DNA from: Planctomycetota bacterium
Lineage (GTDB): Bacteria > Planctomycetota > B15-G4 > SIAN01
DNA: 64,000 nucleotides
Direction: 5' to 3'
Assembly: GCA_009691715.1 (NCBI GenBank)
Contig: SIAN01000004.1
Coordinates: 13,101 to 77,100, forward strand
The notes below the pieces were generated by a model that saw only the letters and a program-made list of their open reading frames with translations, was not told the origin of the DNA and made no database searches. Made by a program: the position numbers and the translations under genes. Positions 54,814 through 64,000 of the stretch are shown here, piece after piece. Numbering within the stretch: position 1 is the stretch's first letter; each line of letters opens with the position of its first letter.

Positions 54814-56769
54814 TCAGCCACCCTTCCCAGCAGCGATCTTGCTTTCGCGCACGAATCGCTTGTCCCCGCTGCGCACCGTGAGTCCGCTGCCGTCGAAGTG
54901 CTCAAGCAGCGGGATCATGAACTTGCGCGACGTCTTGAGCGCGTCGCGCAGCTCCGGGATCACGACCTCGCCGGCGTGCGCCTTCGCGATCCGGATCAGT
55001 TCGCTGCGCGCGCGTTCGTAGGCGGCCTGCACGAAGAACAGCGGTCCGACCCGCATGACCTCGCCCTCGTCGGCCAGTAGCGCGAGCAGGCTCGCAACTT
55101 TCTTGTGCAGCGCGTGGAGCTTTTCGGCGGCCTCCTCCGCGAGCGGAGGCTGCAGATCGGCGGCCGCGTACAGGGCGCGCAGTTCACCCAACAGTCGCTC
55201 GTCGTCGGCGGAGATGGCGGGCCGATGCGATGTGAGGCGGAGGTGACCGGGCAGCCCCTCCTCGATCACCGCACCGCGCTTGATCAGCAGCTCCCGCGCA
55301 AGCGAAAGCGTCGACTCCGGCAGATCGGCGCTGGCGCGAAGCTCGCGGATCTCGACCAGCTTCTTCAGCGGATGGGCCTTGTGCAGCTTCTTGAGCGCGG
55401 CTTGCACCGCCTCGGTGGCCTCGTCGGCGAACTTCTTCGACAGCAACTGCCCGCGCCCGACGTCGACCAGCGCGCCCGCCGACTGCAGTTCGCGCGCAAG
55501 ACCCTGCGCGTCGGCGAGCGTCAGCGCGACGTCGGTCGCGAGGTCGCGCAGCTCGAAGGGCTCGAATCGGCGCTGCTCGGCGGCGAAGCGCAGCGCCAGC
55601 GACGGGTCCGCCAGCGCCTGCTCGCGCTGCTCGAGCGCCTCGATGTGCCATTCCTTGAGCCGCCGCCGGTGGGTGCGCGCGGCGCCGAACAGAGTTCCGC
55701 CGCCGAGCGTCACCATCGGCGACACCTGGCGCACTAGGAAGCGGTCGCCGGCGCAGGCGACCACCGGTTGCTCGACCTCGATCTGAACGAGGCCCTCCTC
55801 GCCGGGCCGCAGCATCGGCTTGTCGACGATGCGGACGCGCCCGATCACCTCCGAGGTGCCGACGTGGAGCCGGATCGGCGTGCGATGTTCGACGGGCTGC
55901 TCGCGCCCGCCGAGGACGCGCAGACGCGCTTCGAACAGGGTCGCCGCCTGGAAGAAGCCGGGCTCTGCCGCGACCATCCCGCGTGTCAGCTCGCGGTAGT
56001 CGACGTCGGACAGATTGAGAGCGCAGGAGTGGCCCGCGGTCGCGCGCTCGCGCGATTCGCCGTAGGCGTGGATGCCGCGGATGCGCGCCCGCTTGCCAAG
56101 CGGCAGCAGCTCGATCTCGTGTCCGATCTCGACCGTCCCGGAGAGCGGCACGCCGGTGATCACGGTGCCGTGGCCCTTGGCCGAGAAGACGCGCTGGATC
56201 GGCAGGCGGAACAGTCCGTCGGGCGGGCGCGGCCGGACGGCGGCGACGCGGCGTTCGAGCTCCGCCTTCAGCTCGGGGATGCCGGCCCCGGTCACGTTGC
56301 TCACCGGGAGGATCGGCTGGCCGTCGAGGAAGGTGCCGCGGATCAGCGTCTGCACGTCGTCGACGGCAAGCTCGCGCAGGTCGTTGTCGACGAGGTCGAT
56401 CTTGGAGAGGACCACGAATCCGCTCTGCACGCCGAGCAGGCCGAGGATCTCCAAGTGCTCGCGCGTCTGCGGCATCACGCCGTCGTCGGCGGCGATCACC
56501 AACATCACGATGTCGAGCGAGGTGGCGCCCGCCACCATGTTCTTGACGAAGCGCTCGTGGCCGGGCACGTCGATGATCCCGACCAACCGTCCGTCGGCGC
56601 CGCGCATGCGCGCGAAGCCGAGGTCAATGGTCATGCCGCGCTCCTGCTCCTCGGGCAGGCGGTCGGGGTCGATGCCGGTGAGCGTGCGCACCAGGCTCGA
56701 CTTGCCGTGGTCGATGTGGCCGGCGGTGCCGACGATGACGTTGGCGATGCCGGACACGGGCGGCGTCAC
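54814..56769 (-). CDS. selB: Selenocysteine-specific translation elongation factor SelB
   Basis: It has the GTP-binding domain [21 protein letters not shown]...[12 protein letters not shown]...SKIDL, EF-Tu-like domains II/III, and C-terminal winged-helix repeats, and is about 650 aa. A GTG start overlaps the upstream stop (GTGA). Confidence 0.85.
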   Translation of the reverse strand: MTPPVSGIANVIVGTAGHIDHGKSSLVRTLTGIDPDRLPEEQERGMTIDLGFARMRGADGRLVGIIDVPGHERFVKNMVAGATSLDIVMLVIAADDGVMPQTREHLEILGLLGVQSGFVVLSKIDLVDNDLRELAVDDVQTLIRGTFLDGQPILPVSNVTGAGIPELKAELERRVAAVRPRPPDGLFRLPIQRVFSAKGHGTVITGVPLSGTVEIGHEIELLPLGKRARIRGIHAYGESRERATAGHSCALNLSDVDYRELTRGMVAAEPGFFQAATLFEARLRVLGGREQPVEHRTPIRLHVGTSEVIGRVRIVDKPMLRPGEEGLVQIEVEQPVVACAGDRFLVRQVSPMVTLGGGTLFGAARTHRRRLKEWHIEALEQREQALADPSLALRFAAEQRRFEPFELRDLATDVALTLADAQGLARELQSAGALVDVGRGQLLSKKFADEATEAVQAALKKLHKAHPLKKLVEIRELRASADLPESTLSLARELLIKRGAVIEEGLPGHLRLTSHRPAISADDERLLGELRALYAAADLQPPLAEEAAEKLHALHKKVASLLALLADEGEVMRVGPLFFVQAAYERARSELIRIAKAHAGEVVIPELRDALKTSRKFMIPLLEHFDGSGLTVRSGDKRFVRESKIAAGKGG

Positions 56770-57503
56770 CAGCTCGCCGCAGTCGTCTCGGCGAGGTAGA
56801 GGATCCGCTCGCAGCTCCGGCAGAGCACCAGCTCGTTGCCGGTGTGGAGCCGGGCGTAGTCGTTGGCGGTGATGCTCATCGAGCAGCCGCCGCAGATGCG
56901 TGAATCGGCCGGCACCATCGCCTTGCCGTCGCGCACGCGCAGCACACGGTCGTAGACCGACAGCGGCCCCGCCGGGATCGACTTGGCTTGCTCGGCGCGG
57001 TGCTTCGCCCGCTCGGCCAGTTCGGCGCGGTATTCGGCCTCGTCCTTCTTCCACTGGACGAGGTCGACGTCGACCTCCTTCTGCAGCGCGGCGCGCGTCG
57101 ATTGGAGGTCGATCAGTTCGCGCTCGATCGACTCGACCTGCGTCAGGTGCTCGAGAATCCGGTCCTCGATCGCCCGCGTGTCCTTCTTCAGGCGGGTCAC
57201 GTGCTCACCGAACGCCCGAAACTCCTCGTTCGTGCGTGACTGCCCCTGCGCGCCCTGGATCTTCGCGATCTCGGCATCCTTGCCCTTGACCTCGAGCTCG
57301 GCCAGGCCGGCCTGCTTCTTCAGGTCCAGGATCCGGGCCAGCGCCGTGGCGACCCGCGCCTCGCTCTGCCGGAAGCGCTCGCCGCGCCGCTCGAGGATCT
57401 GCGGCATCTCCTGGATGCGCTGCTGGATGCGCCGCGTCTCCTGGTCGACCTTCTGCAGCGCGAGCAACCCCGCCAGAGTCACCTTCAGGTCTGCCGTCGC
57501 CAT
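56766..57503 (-). CDS. Coiled-coil protein with C-terminal C4 zinc ribbon (COG1579/DUF164-like)
   Basis: It has a long coiled coil and a C-terminal CGGCSMSI...CRSCERILY zinc ribbon. Confidence 0.6.
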   Translation of the reverse strand: MATADLKVTLAGLLALQKVDQETRRIQQRIQEMPQILERRGERFRQSEARVATALARILDLKKQAGLAELEVKGKDAEIAKIQGAQGQSRTNEEFRAFGEHVTRLKKDTRAIEDRILEHLTQVESIERELIDLQSTRAALQKEVDVDLVQWKKDEAEYRAELAERAKHRAEQAKSIPAGPLSVYDRVLRVRDGKAMVPADSRICGGCSMSITANDYARLHTGNELVLCRSCERILYLAETTAASW

Positions 57504-57572
57504 CCATCCCTCCGCGCTTCCTGCATGTCCCGTTCGCGTCCGGCCGTCCTGTCGCTGGCGCTCACGGAGGCG

Positions 57573-59240
57573 TCAGCTCGCACCACCTTCGCGCTCGAGG
57601 AATCCCTCGAGTAGGCGGCTGCGGATCGGGTGCTGCAACTTGCGCACGGCCTTCGCCTCAATCTGGCGCACGCGTTCACGCGTGACCTTGAAGATCCGGC
57701 CGACCTCCTCAAGCGTGTAGGTGTACCCGTCGCCGATGCCGTAACGAAGCTTGATGATCTCGCGCTCCCGGAACGACAGGGTCTGCAGCACCGAGGAGAT
57801 GCGGTCCTTCAGCATCTCCTGGCCAGCGCCCTCGACCGGCGACTCGACCGTCTCGTCCTCGATGAAGTCGCCGAAGTAGCTGTCCTCGCCGTCGCCGATC
57901 GGGCGGTCGAGCGAGATCGGATGGCGGGCGATTTTGGTGACGCGCTTGGCCTCTTCGAGCGGCACCTTGGCCTCGCTCGCGACCTCCTCGATCGTCGGCT
58001 CGCGGCCCATCGACTGGACCAGCTTCTTCTGCACGTTCCGCAGCTTGCTCATCGTCTCGATCATGTGGACCGGGATGCGGATGGTCCGCGCCTGGTCGGC
58101 GATCGAGCGGGTGATGGCCTGGCGGATCCACCAGGTGGCGTAGGTCGAGAACTTGTAGCCGCGGCGGTACTCGTACTTCTCAACCGCCTTCATGAGGCCG
58201 GTGTTGCCTTCCTGGATCAGGTCGAGGAAGGAGAGGCCGCGGTTGCGGTACTTCTTCGCAATCGACACGACCAGGCGGAGATTGCCCGACGACAGCGCGC
58301 GCTTGGCGTAGTCGTAGCCCTTGTAACGCGTCTCGATCACGGAGAGGCGGCGCTCGAGACGGTCCGGCGACTCCATCGCGCGGAGCGCCCATGCCTCGTA
58401 GTTGGCCTGCGCCTCCGCGGCGGAGTCGCTCTCACGCGACTTGAGCCGCTTCCACTTCCGCTGCAGCTCGCGTCCCTTCTCCCACTCGTCCTTCAGGATC
58501 TCGATCAGCGGCTTCACCTTCTTCAGCTGGATTTGCAGCTCTTCGAGCAGGCGCGCGCACTTGCGGCGGCGACGCACCATCCGGCGAACCAACGCTTTGC
58601 GCTCCGACGCCGGCACCTCGCCGCGAAGCTGCAGCTCGAGCTCCGACTGGTTCTTCAGGTAGAGCTTGCGCAGCGTGAGCAGGTTTTCCTGGAGCCGCTC
58701 CTGGATTTCGCTCTTCGCCGGCTCGGTGCCGCTGGTCGGAACCTTGAGCGTGCGGTCGAAGGCGAGCTTGCCGTCCTTCACATCCTCGAGGATCTGGATG
58801 CCCTGGCGGATGCCGAAGCCGGCGGCCAGCAGCATGCGTCGGAATGCCGCGCGCGTCTCCTCGATCTGGCGCGCCAAGTTGATCTCCTGGTCGCGCGTGA
58901 GCAGCGGGATCTCGCCCATCTGGGTGAGATACATGCGCACGGGATCATCGATCTTCTCGCTGGTGCCGGTCTTGGCGAGCTTGCGCGGAACCGCCTCCTC
59001 TTCCTCGACTTGGCGGACGCGCCGGGTGTCGTCCTCGATCTCGGACTCGTCGACCAGCTCGATGCCGTTCTCTTCGAGCGTCGACAGGACGTGATCGATG
59101 TTGTCGACCGCATCCTCCGGAAGCTCCTGATTGAGCTCGTCGTAGGTGAGGTAGCCCTTCTTGCGCGCATTGTCGATCAACGCGCGCACGTAAGGGTCCA
59201 TGCGGTCGCGATCGCGGGTCTCAGTCGAGTCCTTGCCCAT
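57573..59240 (-). CDS. rpoD: RNA polymerase primary sigma factor (sigma-70)
   Basis: It has region 1.2-4.2 motifs ([61 protein letters not shown], and the region 4 [31 protein letters not shown]) and an acidic region 1.1. The start is at MGKDSTE. Confidence 0.9.
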   Translation of the reverse strand: MGKDSTETRDRDRMDPYVRALIDNARKKGYLTYDELNQELPEDAVDNIDHVLSTLEENGIELVDESEIEDDTRRVRQVEEEEAVPRKLAKTGTSEKIDDPVRMYLTQMGEIPLLTRDQEINLARQIEETRAAFRRMLLAAGFGIRQGIQILEDVKDGKLAFDRTLKVPTSGTEPAKSEIQERLQENLLTLRKLYLKNQSELELQLRGEVPASERKALVRRMVRRRRKCARLLEELQIQLKKVKPLIEILKDEWEKGRELQRKWKRLKSRESDSAAEAQANYEAWALRAMESPDRLERRLSVIETRYKGYDYAKRALSSGNLRLVVSIAKKYRNRGLSFLDLIQEGNTGLMKAVEKYEYRRGYKFSTYATWWIRQAITRSIADQARTIRIPVHMIETMSKLRNVQKKLVQSMGREPTIEEVASEAKVPLEEAKRVTKIARHPISLDRPIGDGEDSYFGDFIEDETVESPVEGAGQEMLKDRISSVLQTLSFREREIIKLRYGIGDGYTYTLEEVGRIFKVTRERVRQIEAKAVRKLQHPIRSRLLEGFLEREGGAS

Positions 59241-59308
59241 CCGTTTCCGTTCTCCGTCGGAGCGCACGCGCCCCGTTCTGTTCCGATCTCGAATCTGATT
59301 TCGAGGCT

Positions 59309-61213
59309 CTAGCGAGTGCCGCTGCCCTTGCGCACCTGGTCGTACTGCCGCAGAAATTCCGTCGCGGCGTTCGGATCTCCGGCGCCGATCGCGCTCTTGA
59401 AACGTTCGAGGAGTTCGTCCGCCCGCAACTTGCGACGGCGTTCGCCGAACCAGCGCCACGCCCCGTCGAACAACTCTCCGGGGTCCGCAGAAACGGGTCG
59501 GCTTAACAGATCCGCGAGCGTTTGTTGAGCCTCCGGCTCCGCGACGAGTTTCCCGAGCAGTACCTCTACCAGTGCGCCAGGGTCAGTGACGCTCTCTTCC
59601 ACGAGGCAGTGGAATAGCCGAGCTCTTCGAGGATCACCAAACTCCAGGGGACAATCGTGTTGGCGCGCGGCCGCTCGCAGGGTCGGCTGACGCAGCAGTG
59701 CCGTCAGAACGTCTTCTTCTGCAAGGACTTGCGCCATCGGGAGCAAAACGCCGGCGGTGACGGCGGGCGGAACTTTCCTGTCCAACGAGGCCGGAACCGG
59801 CGGCGAATCGCCCGCGCCGGCACCGACTCCCTGGCGGCGGTCGACCTCAGACCAGGGTGCGCGGCGACCGCCCCCCACCGCGATGGCAGCGTCGAGGTTT
59901 TCCGCTGGCAGATCGAGCGTGCGTGCAAGGTGTTCGATCAGCGCAGTTCGGACCAGCGGGTCGCGCACATCAGCGAACGCGGCACCGACCTTCCGGGCGA
60001 CCGCGATCCGCTCGTCGATTCCGCCACCCCCGCGCGCCGCCTTGCCGCCGGCACGCGCGATCAGGAACTCGATCGCGGCGACGCCTTCCCGCTGCAGCAG
60101 TCCATCAAATCCCTCGCGGGTTGCGCCGCGAGCGAAGAAGTCACCCGGGTCCTTGTCCTCGCGCAACACGAAAACGCGCACATCGATCTTCTCCGCCAGC
60201 AGGATCGGCACGGCGCGTTCGGCGGCACGTTGGCCCGCCTCGTCGCTGTCGAGGAAGAGCACCGCTTTCGGTGCCATCCGACCCAACGCCTTCGCATGCT
60301 CCGGCGTCACGGCGGTGCCGAGTGCCGCGATCGCGGAAGTTAGCCCGCCCTGATGGGCGAGGATCACGTCCATGTAGCCCTCGACCAAGACGACCTGCCC
60401 CTCCTTCAGGATCTGCGGTCGCGCCCGATCGAGTCCGTAGAGCACTCGGCTCTTGCTGAAGAGCAACGTCTCGCGCGAGTTGATGTACTTCGCCTCGCGC
60501 GAGTCGGGCAGGTCGCGCAGACGCCGACTGCCGAAGGCGATGATGCGACCGCGTTCGTCGCGGATCGGGAAGGTCACGCGATCGCGCACCAGCGGCGCGT
60601 CGATCGTCGGTGCGGCTTCGCCGTCGGCGCCGCCGCCTTCCGTGATCGACACGCCGATCCCGGCCGCGACGATGTCCTCGCGCCGATGCCCCGCCTTCAC
60701 CAAACGGTCTGTAATCACGGTCGAGTGGAAGCGGTCGTTCGGGTTCGCCGGCGCGAAGCCGAGCCCGAAGGCCTCGATGATGGCTGGCGTCAGCTTCCGT
60801 CGCACAAGAAGTTCGCGCGCCTCATTCCCAAGCGGGCTGACAAGAGCGCGGCGGAACAGCTCCTGCGCCTCCGCCAGGACCTTCAGCGCACGATCCCGCG
60901 CCTCGCGCGCCACGCCTTCGCCAGAGAGGTCACGTGACAACGTGATCCCGCGCTCTTCCGCGAGCTGGCGCAACGCCTCACCGCGCGAGATGCGCAGGTG
61001 TTCCGACAAGAAGGTGAAGACGTCGCCGCCTTTGCCGCAGCCGAAGCACTTGAAGAAGCTCTGCCCGATCGGGATGCCGAACGACGGCGACTTCTCGGCA
61101 TGGAATGGGCAGCAACCGACCATGCGCGCGCCGGCACGCTTGAGCTCGACGCCGTTGCGCGACACGACGTCGACGAGGTCGACGGACTCGCGGACGCGGG
61201 TGAAGTCATCCAT
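59309..61213 (-). CDS. dnaG: DNA primase
   Basis: It has a CHC2 zinc finger ([12 protein letters not shown]...[13 protein letters not shown]), a TOPRIM domain (VLVEGYMDV) and a C-terminal helicase-interaction domain. It forms the classic dnaG-rpoD pair. Confidence 0.9.
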   Translation of the reverse strand: MDDFTRVRESVDLVDVVSRNGVELKRAGARMVGCCPFHAEKSPSFGIPIGQSFFKCFGCGKGGDVFTFLSEHLRISRGEALRQLAEERGITLSRDLSGEGVAREARDRALKVLAEAQELFRRALVSPLGNEARELLVRRKLTPAIIEAFGLGFAPANPNDRFHSTVITDRLVKAGHRREDIVAAGIGVSITEGGGADGEAAPTIDAPLVRDRVTFPIRDERGRIIAFGSRRLRDLPDSREAKYINSRETLLFSKSRVLYGLDRARPQILKEGQVVLVEGYMDVILAHQGGLTSAIAALGTAVTPEHAKALGRMAPKAVLFLDSDEAGQRAAERAVPILLAEKIDVRVFVLREDKDPGDFFARGATREGFDGLLQREGVAAIEFLIARAGGKAARGGGGIDERIAVARKVGAAFADVRDPLVRTALIEHLARTLDLPAENLDAAIAVGGGRRAPWSEVDRRQGVGAGAGDSPPVPASLDRKVPPAVTAGVLLPMAQVLAEEDVLTALLRQPTLRAAARQHDCPLEFGDPRRARLFHCLVEESVTDPGALVEVLLGKLVAEPEAQQTLADLLSRPVSADPGELFDGAWRWFGERRRKLRADELLERFKSAIGAGDPNAATEFLRQYDQVRKGSGTR

Positions 61214-61225
61214 CCCGGCGGAAGC

Positions 61226-62146
61226 CTATCCGGGCGTGGAAGGCGTGGCGGCGGTCGCTGCCGGGGACGCCGCAGGCGGTACCGCTTTCCCGGCAGCGGC
61301 GAGCGCGTCGGCCAAGGCGAACCAATCGTCGAGCGACAGTTCCTCTGCCCGCCGCTTCAACATCGCGGCGTCGACCATCGAAAGCGCTTCGGCGCCAGCG
61401 ACCTCGAGCAGGCCGTTCCGAAGCGTCTTGCGTCGCGCCTGGAAGGCGGCGCGCACCAGTGGCTCGAGCTGCGGCCGCCGCTGGAGCGCGGCGCTTCGGC
61501 CGGCGTCAGGCACGATCTCGACCACCGCGCTCTCGACCTTGGGCGGTGGCGCGAACGCGCCGGCCGGCACCAGGAACTTTCGTTTCGCGGTCGCGCGGAG
61601 CTGGATCAGGAAGGTCAGCAGACCGACTTCCGGCGATCCAGGGCCGGCGACGATGCGGTCGGCCACCTCGCGCTGCACCATGACGATCATCCGCTCAGGC
61701 GGCAACCCGGCACGGACCATGTCGACGAGCAGTGGAGACGCGACCCCATACGGCAGATTGCTGACGACGATCGGTGCGTTGCTGCTTCGCTCCGACAGGC
61801 GCGCGACGACCTGCGTCGCCGTCGCCATCGCGTCCTCGACCCGCAAGTCGAGCGAGCCGCGCCCCACCAGAGCCAGAGCGGTCGCACGGGCCCACTCTGG
61901 GTCAAGCTCGATGGCGGTCACATGCGCGCCCGCCTCGAGCAAAGCCGCCGTCAGACCCCCTGGCCCCGGCCCGATCTCGACGACGTCGCGACCGCGCAGG
62001 TCGCCCGCCAACGCGACGATCCGGCGCAAGAGCCCTGCGTCGAGGAGGAAGTGCTGGGACATACGCTTTCGCGCCACGAGGGCGCGCGAGCGCAGCGCCG
62101 AGCGCACCGCTGCCAGGTGGCGCTCAAGGAAACCGTCGGCGACCAT
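61226..62146 (-). CDS. rsmA: 16S rRNA (adenine1518/1519-N6)-dimethyltransferase
   Basis: It contains RKRMSQHFLLD, VVEIGPGPGGLT (the SAM motif) and VVSNLPYGVASP. The start is chosen at MKMVADG after a G-run SD. Confidence 0.8.
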   Translation of the reverse strand: MVADGFLERHLAAVRSALRSRALVARKRMSQHFLLDAGLLRRIVALAGDLRGRDVVEIGPGPGGLTAALLEAGAHVTAIELDPEWARATALALVGRGSLDLRVEDAMATATQVVARLSERSSNAPIVVSNLPYGVASPLLVDMVRAGLPPERMIVMVQREVADRIVAGPGSPEVGLLTFLIQLRATAKRKFLVPAGAFAPPPKVESAVVEIVPDAGRSAALQRRPQLEPLVRAAFQARRKTLRNGLLEVAGAEALSMVDAAMLKRRAEELSLDDWFALADALAAAGKAVPPAASPAATAATPSTPG

Positions 62147-63818
62147 CTTCATCCCCCCCATCGCGCAGCACCTCTCGGCGCCGCACCGCAAATTCGAAAT
62201 CCTCGACCAGGCGAGCACTCCCCGGTTCGGGCGGCGCGAGCCGCACCAGCCGTCCATCCTGCAGCGACAGCCACGGCTCACCGACGCCATCGCGATCCGC
62301 ATCGAGGACGAGCACGCTGCGGATCGGCGTCCGTTCCAGACCGATGGCATCGACCGGCGCGCCTTCTGCAAATCGCCAAATGCGCGCCACATAAGTCGAC
62401 GGACGGCTCACGACGACAGCGTCATCAGCGACGGCGAAGAGTTCGACGTCGATCGTCGCCTCTCCTCGCGAATCACGTTCGAACACAACCTCGCGTCGCG
62501 TGAGCGACCAGCCGACCCACTTGCCACCGCGCGTTCCAAGCAGCAGGTTGCCGGCGCCCGGATCACACGCGGCGAACGTCGGCGCCTCGTCGAGCGCGAG
62601 CGCTCCAGTGAGCCGTTCCGGAGCTTCCGCCGGGTCGATCCGCCACAGTTGGTTCCCGTCCAGACTGACCAGAAAGGGCGCCGCGATTTGTCCGCCGCAG
62701 ATGGGCGCGACGGCGGTCGCCACCGACTTCCCGGCATGCACCGTCGCCAGCTGACGGGGCGCGTCGATCCGCCCCTCCGCGGCATGGATGAGCCACGGAG
62801 CTCCGCCGCCGTCGTCGAGCACATACGCGTTCGCCAGATCGAGCGGGACGACGTAGCGCTGGGCACCTGCCGCGGTGTCGATCTCGGCGGCTGCGACCTG
62901 TTCGCCGCGTGCGACGAATCGCCAAATGAGCCGCTCCCCACCGTCACAGAGTCGCAGGTCGTCGGCGATCAGCCACTCGTCTCGCGTCGTCAGATCCGGC
63001 GCAAGAAGCTGCGCCGCGACCCACGCGAACGCGGAGCTGGTGCGTTGCACTCCGTCGCGGTCTCCGATCGGCAGCTTGATGTCCAACCGATCGATGGTCA
63101 GCAGCAGGAGTCCGTCCGCGCCGGCGCGCGGCGGCGTGACGTAGCGCTCGCCGGATAGCGTCCGTTGTCCGATCTCGCCGCCGCGACCGAAGCGGACGAC
63201 CCGCGTGAACGGCAGCGGCGCGCGCGCATTTCCTGCGTCCGCATCTGAGTTTGCGGCGTCGAGTTCGCGTGGCAACTGCTGCACGAACCAGACGGCGCCG
63301 TCTGCGCGAGCGTCACTCACCAGATCCGTCGACACGTCGAGCTCGACCGATCCTTCGGGCGCCGGTGCGATGGTTGCGCGGCCACTCGCGAGGTCGACCA
63401 GCGCGATCTCACCGCGAGGGCCGACGACCCACGCGCTGTCGCCGCCGTCCGGCGCCGTCAACCAAGGCGAACGCGCCGTCTCCGTCGCGAACGGCAACCC
63501 GATCGTGCGCGTCGGCGTGCCGTCACGGCCATCGAGGAATCGAAGCTTTCCGGGTTCGCACACCACCAGCGCCTTGCCCCCAGGAGCCACGCGGACATCG
63601 CCGCGAAATCCATCGCCTTCGCCGCTCGCGAGCGTCCGCGTCACCGCGATTCGCCGCTCGAACGCGCGCGTGCGCAGACGCGCCAGCATCCGATTGTCGT
63701 CGGAATCCGACTCATCGACTGCGACCAATTCGTGGAGCGCCGTCGCTCGCGCGTCTCCGACCAACGACTCGACGCGTCCGGCCGCGGCTTCGAGCACGGC
63801 GCGAGCGTCCCTAATCAC
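62124..63818 (-). CDS. Hypothetical protein (possible beta-propeller)
   Basis: The 564-aa ORF has Gly/Asp-rich repeats and no assigned domain. Its upstream context is cut by the window end. Confidence 0.4.
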   Translation of the reverse strand: MIRDARAVLEAAAGRVESLVGDARATALHELVAVDESDSDDNRMLARLRTRAFERRIAVTRTLASGEGDGFRGDVRVAPGGKALVVCEPGKLRFLDGRDGTPTRTIGLPFATETARSPWLTAPDGGDSAWVVGPRGEIALVDLASGRATIAPAPEGSVELDVSTDLVSDARADGAVWFVQQLPRELDAANSDADAGNARAPLPFTRVVRFGRGGEIGQRTLSGERYVTPPRAGADGLLLLTIDRLDIKLPIGDRDGVQRTSSAFAWVAAQLLAPDLTTRDEWLIADDLRLCDGGERLIWRFVARGEQVAAAEIDTAAGAQRYVVPLDLANAYVLDDGGGAPWLIHAAEGRIDAPRQLATVHAGKSVATAVAPICGGQIAAPFLVSLDGNQLWRIDPAEAPERLTGALALDEAPTFAACDPGAGNLLLGTRGGKWVGWSLTRREVVFERDSRGEATIDVELFAVADDAVVVSRPSTYVARIWRFAEGAPVDAIGLERTPIRSVLVLDADRDGVGEPWLSLQDGRLVRLAPPEPGSARLVEDFEFAVRRREVLRDGGDEDGRRRFP

Positions 63819-64000
63819 GCAGCGGAACCCGACGTCGCTGCGCCGCAGTTCGGGCGACAGACGATCCAGCCACGGATCGAGACGATCCTCGAAGGCGTCT
63901 GGACGTGTGGAGACGGCCGTGGCGAAGCGGGAGTTCTCGTCGCTGTCCGCGGCGACGCAATGGCGTAGGAACGACCCGCCGAGCAGGAAGCGCGTTTCGG

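Noticed and set aside
57630-59312. 560-aa + strand ORF antisense to rpoD
   Set aside because: rpoD is unambiguous on the minus strand, and the antisense product is Leu/Arg/Asp repeat junk.
60453-63158. 901-aa + strand ORF across dnaG, rsmA and the hypothetical gene
   Set aside because: It is Arg/Ser/Ala-rich and spans three real minus-strand genes.

Overview
This is a high-GC (~70%) bacterial chromosomal window, gene-dense on both strands, with many Arg/Ala-rich antisense ORFs that I treated as spurious. GC content, SelB, an orphan groEL, CarbopepD_reg repeat proteins and abundant RHH proteins are consistent with a myxobacterium-like deltaproteobacterium. Lineage was not tested.

The window has three parts. 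At 0-12 kb there is a housekeeping mix: a TPR protein, a fused MlaF/MlaE ABC transporter, an RdgC-like protein, DJ-1, recQ, a GNAT acetyltransferase, fdxA and an HD hydrolase. At 13-53 kb there is a large accessory region that looks like a cell-surface glycan/peptide modification island. Its recognisable parts are sat-cysC (PAPS synthesis) behind an RHH regulator with an 11-bp x4 operator-like tandem repeat, three paralogous alkaline-phosphatase-superfamily phosphodiesterases, a sulfotransferase and a Wzx-like flippase. It also carries a Dlt-like carrier-protein acylation module (acyl-CoA dehydrogenase, MBOAT, carrier protein, adenylating enzyme, SGNH hydrolase) chained by 4-nt start/stop overlaps. 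A second tightly coupled operon follows: MBL-fold/2-hydroxyacid-dehydrogenase fusion, NifX-like protein, B12-binding radical SAM enzyme, two small acidic peptides, GT-C ArnT-like transferase, GtrB-like GT2, MprF-TM-like protein and FAD oxidoreductase. GT4, polysaccharide deacetylase and GT2 genes, groEL and a frameshifted hsp20 complete this region. At 53-64 kb there is a core block: tRNA-Pro(CGG), selB, dnaG-rpoD and rsmA.

The most novel candidates are the Dlt-like acylation plus sulfation module and the rSAM/peptide/lipid-linked-glycosyltransferase operon. No CRISPR array or mobile element was seen.
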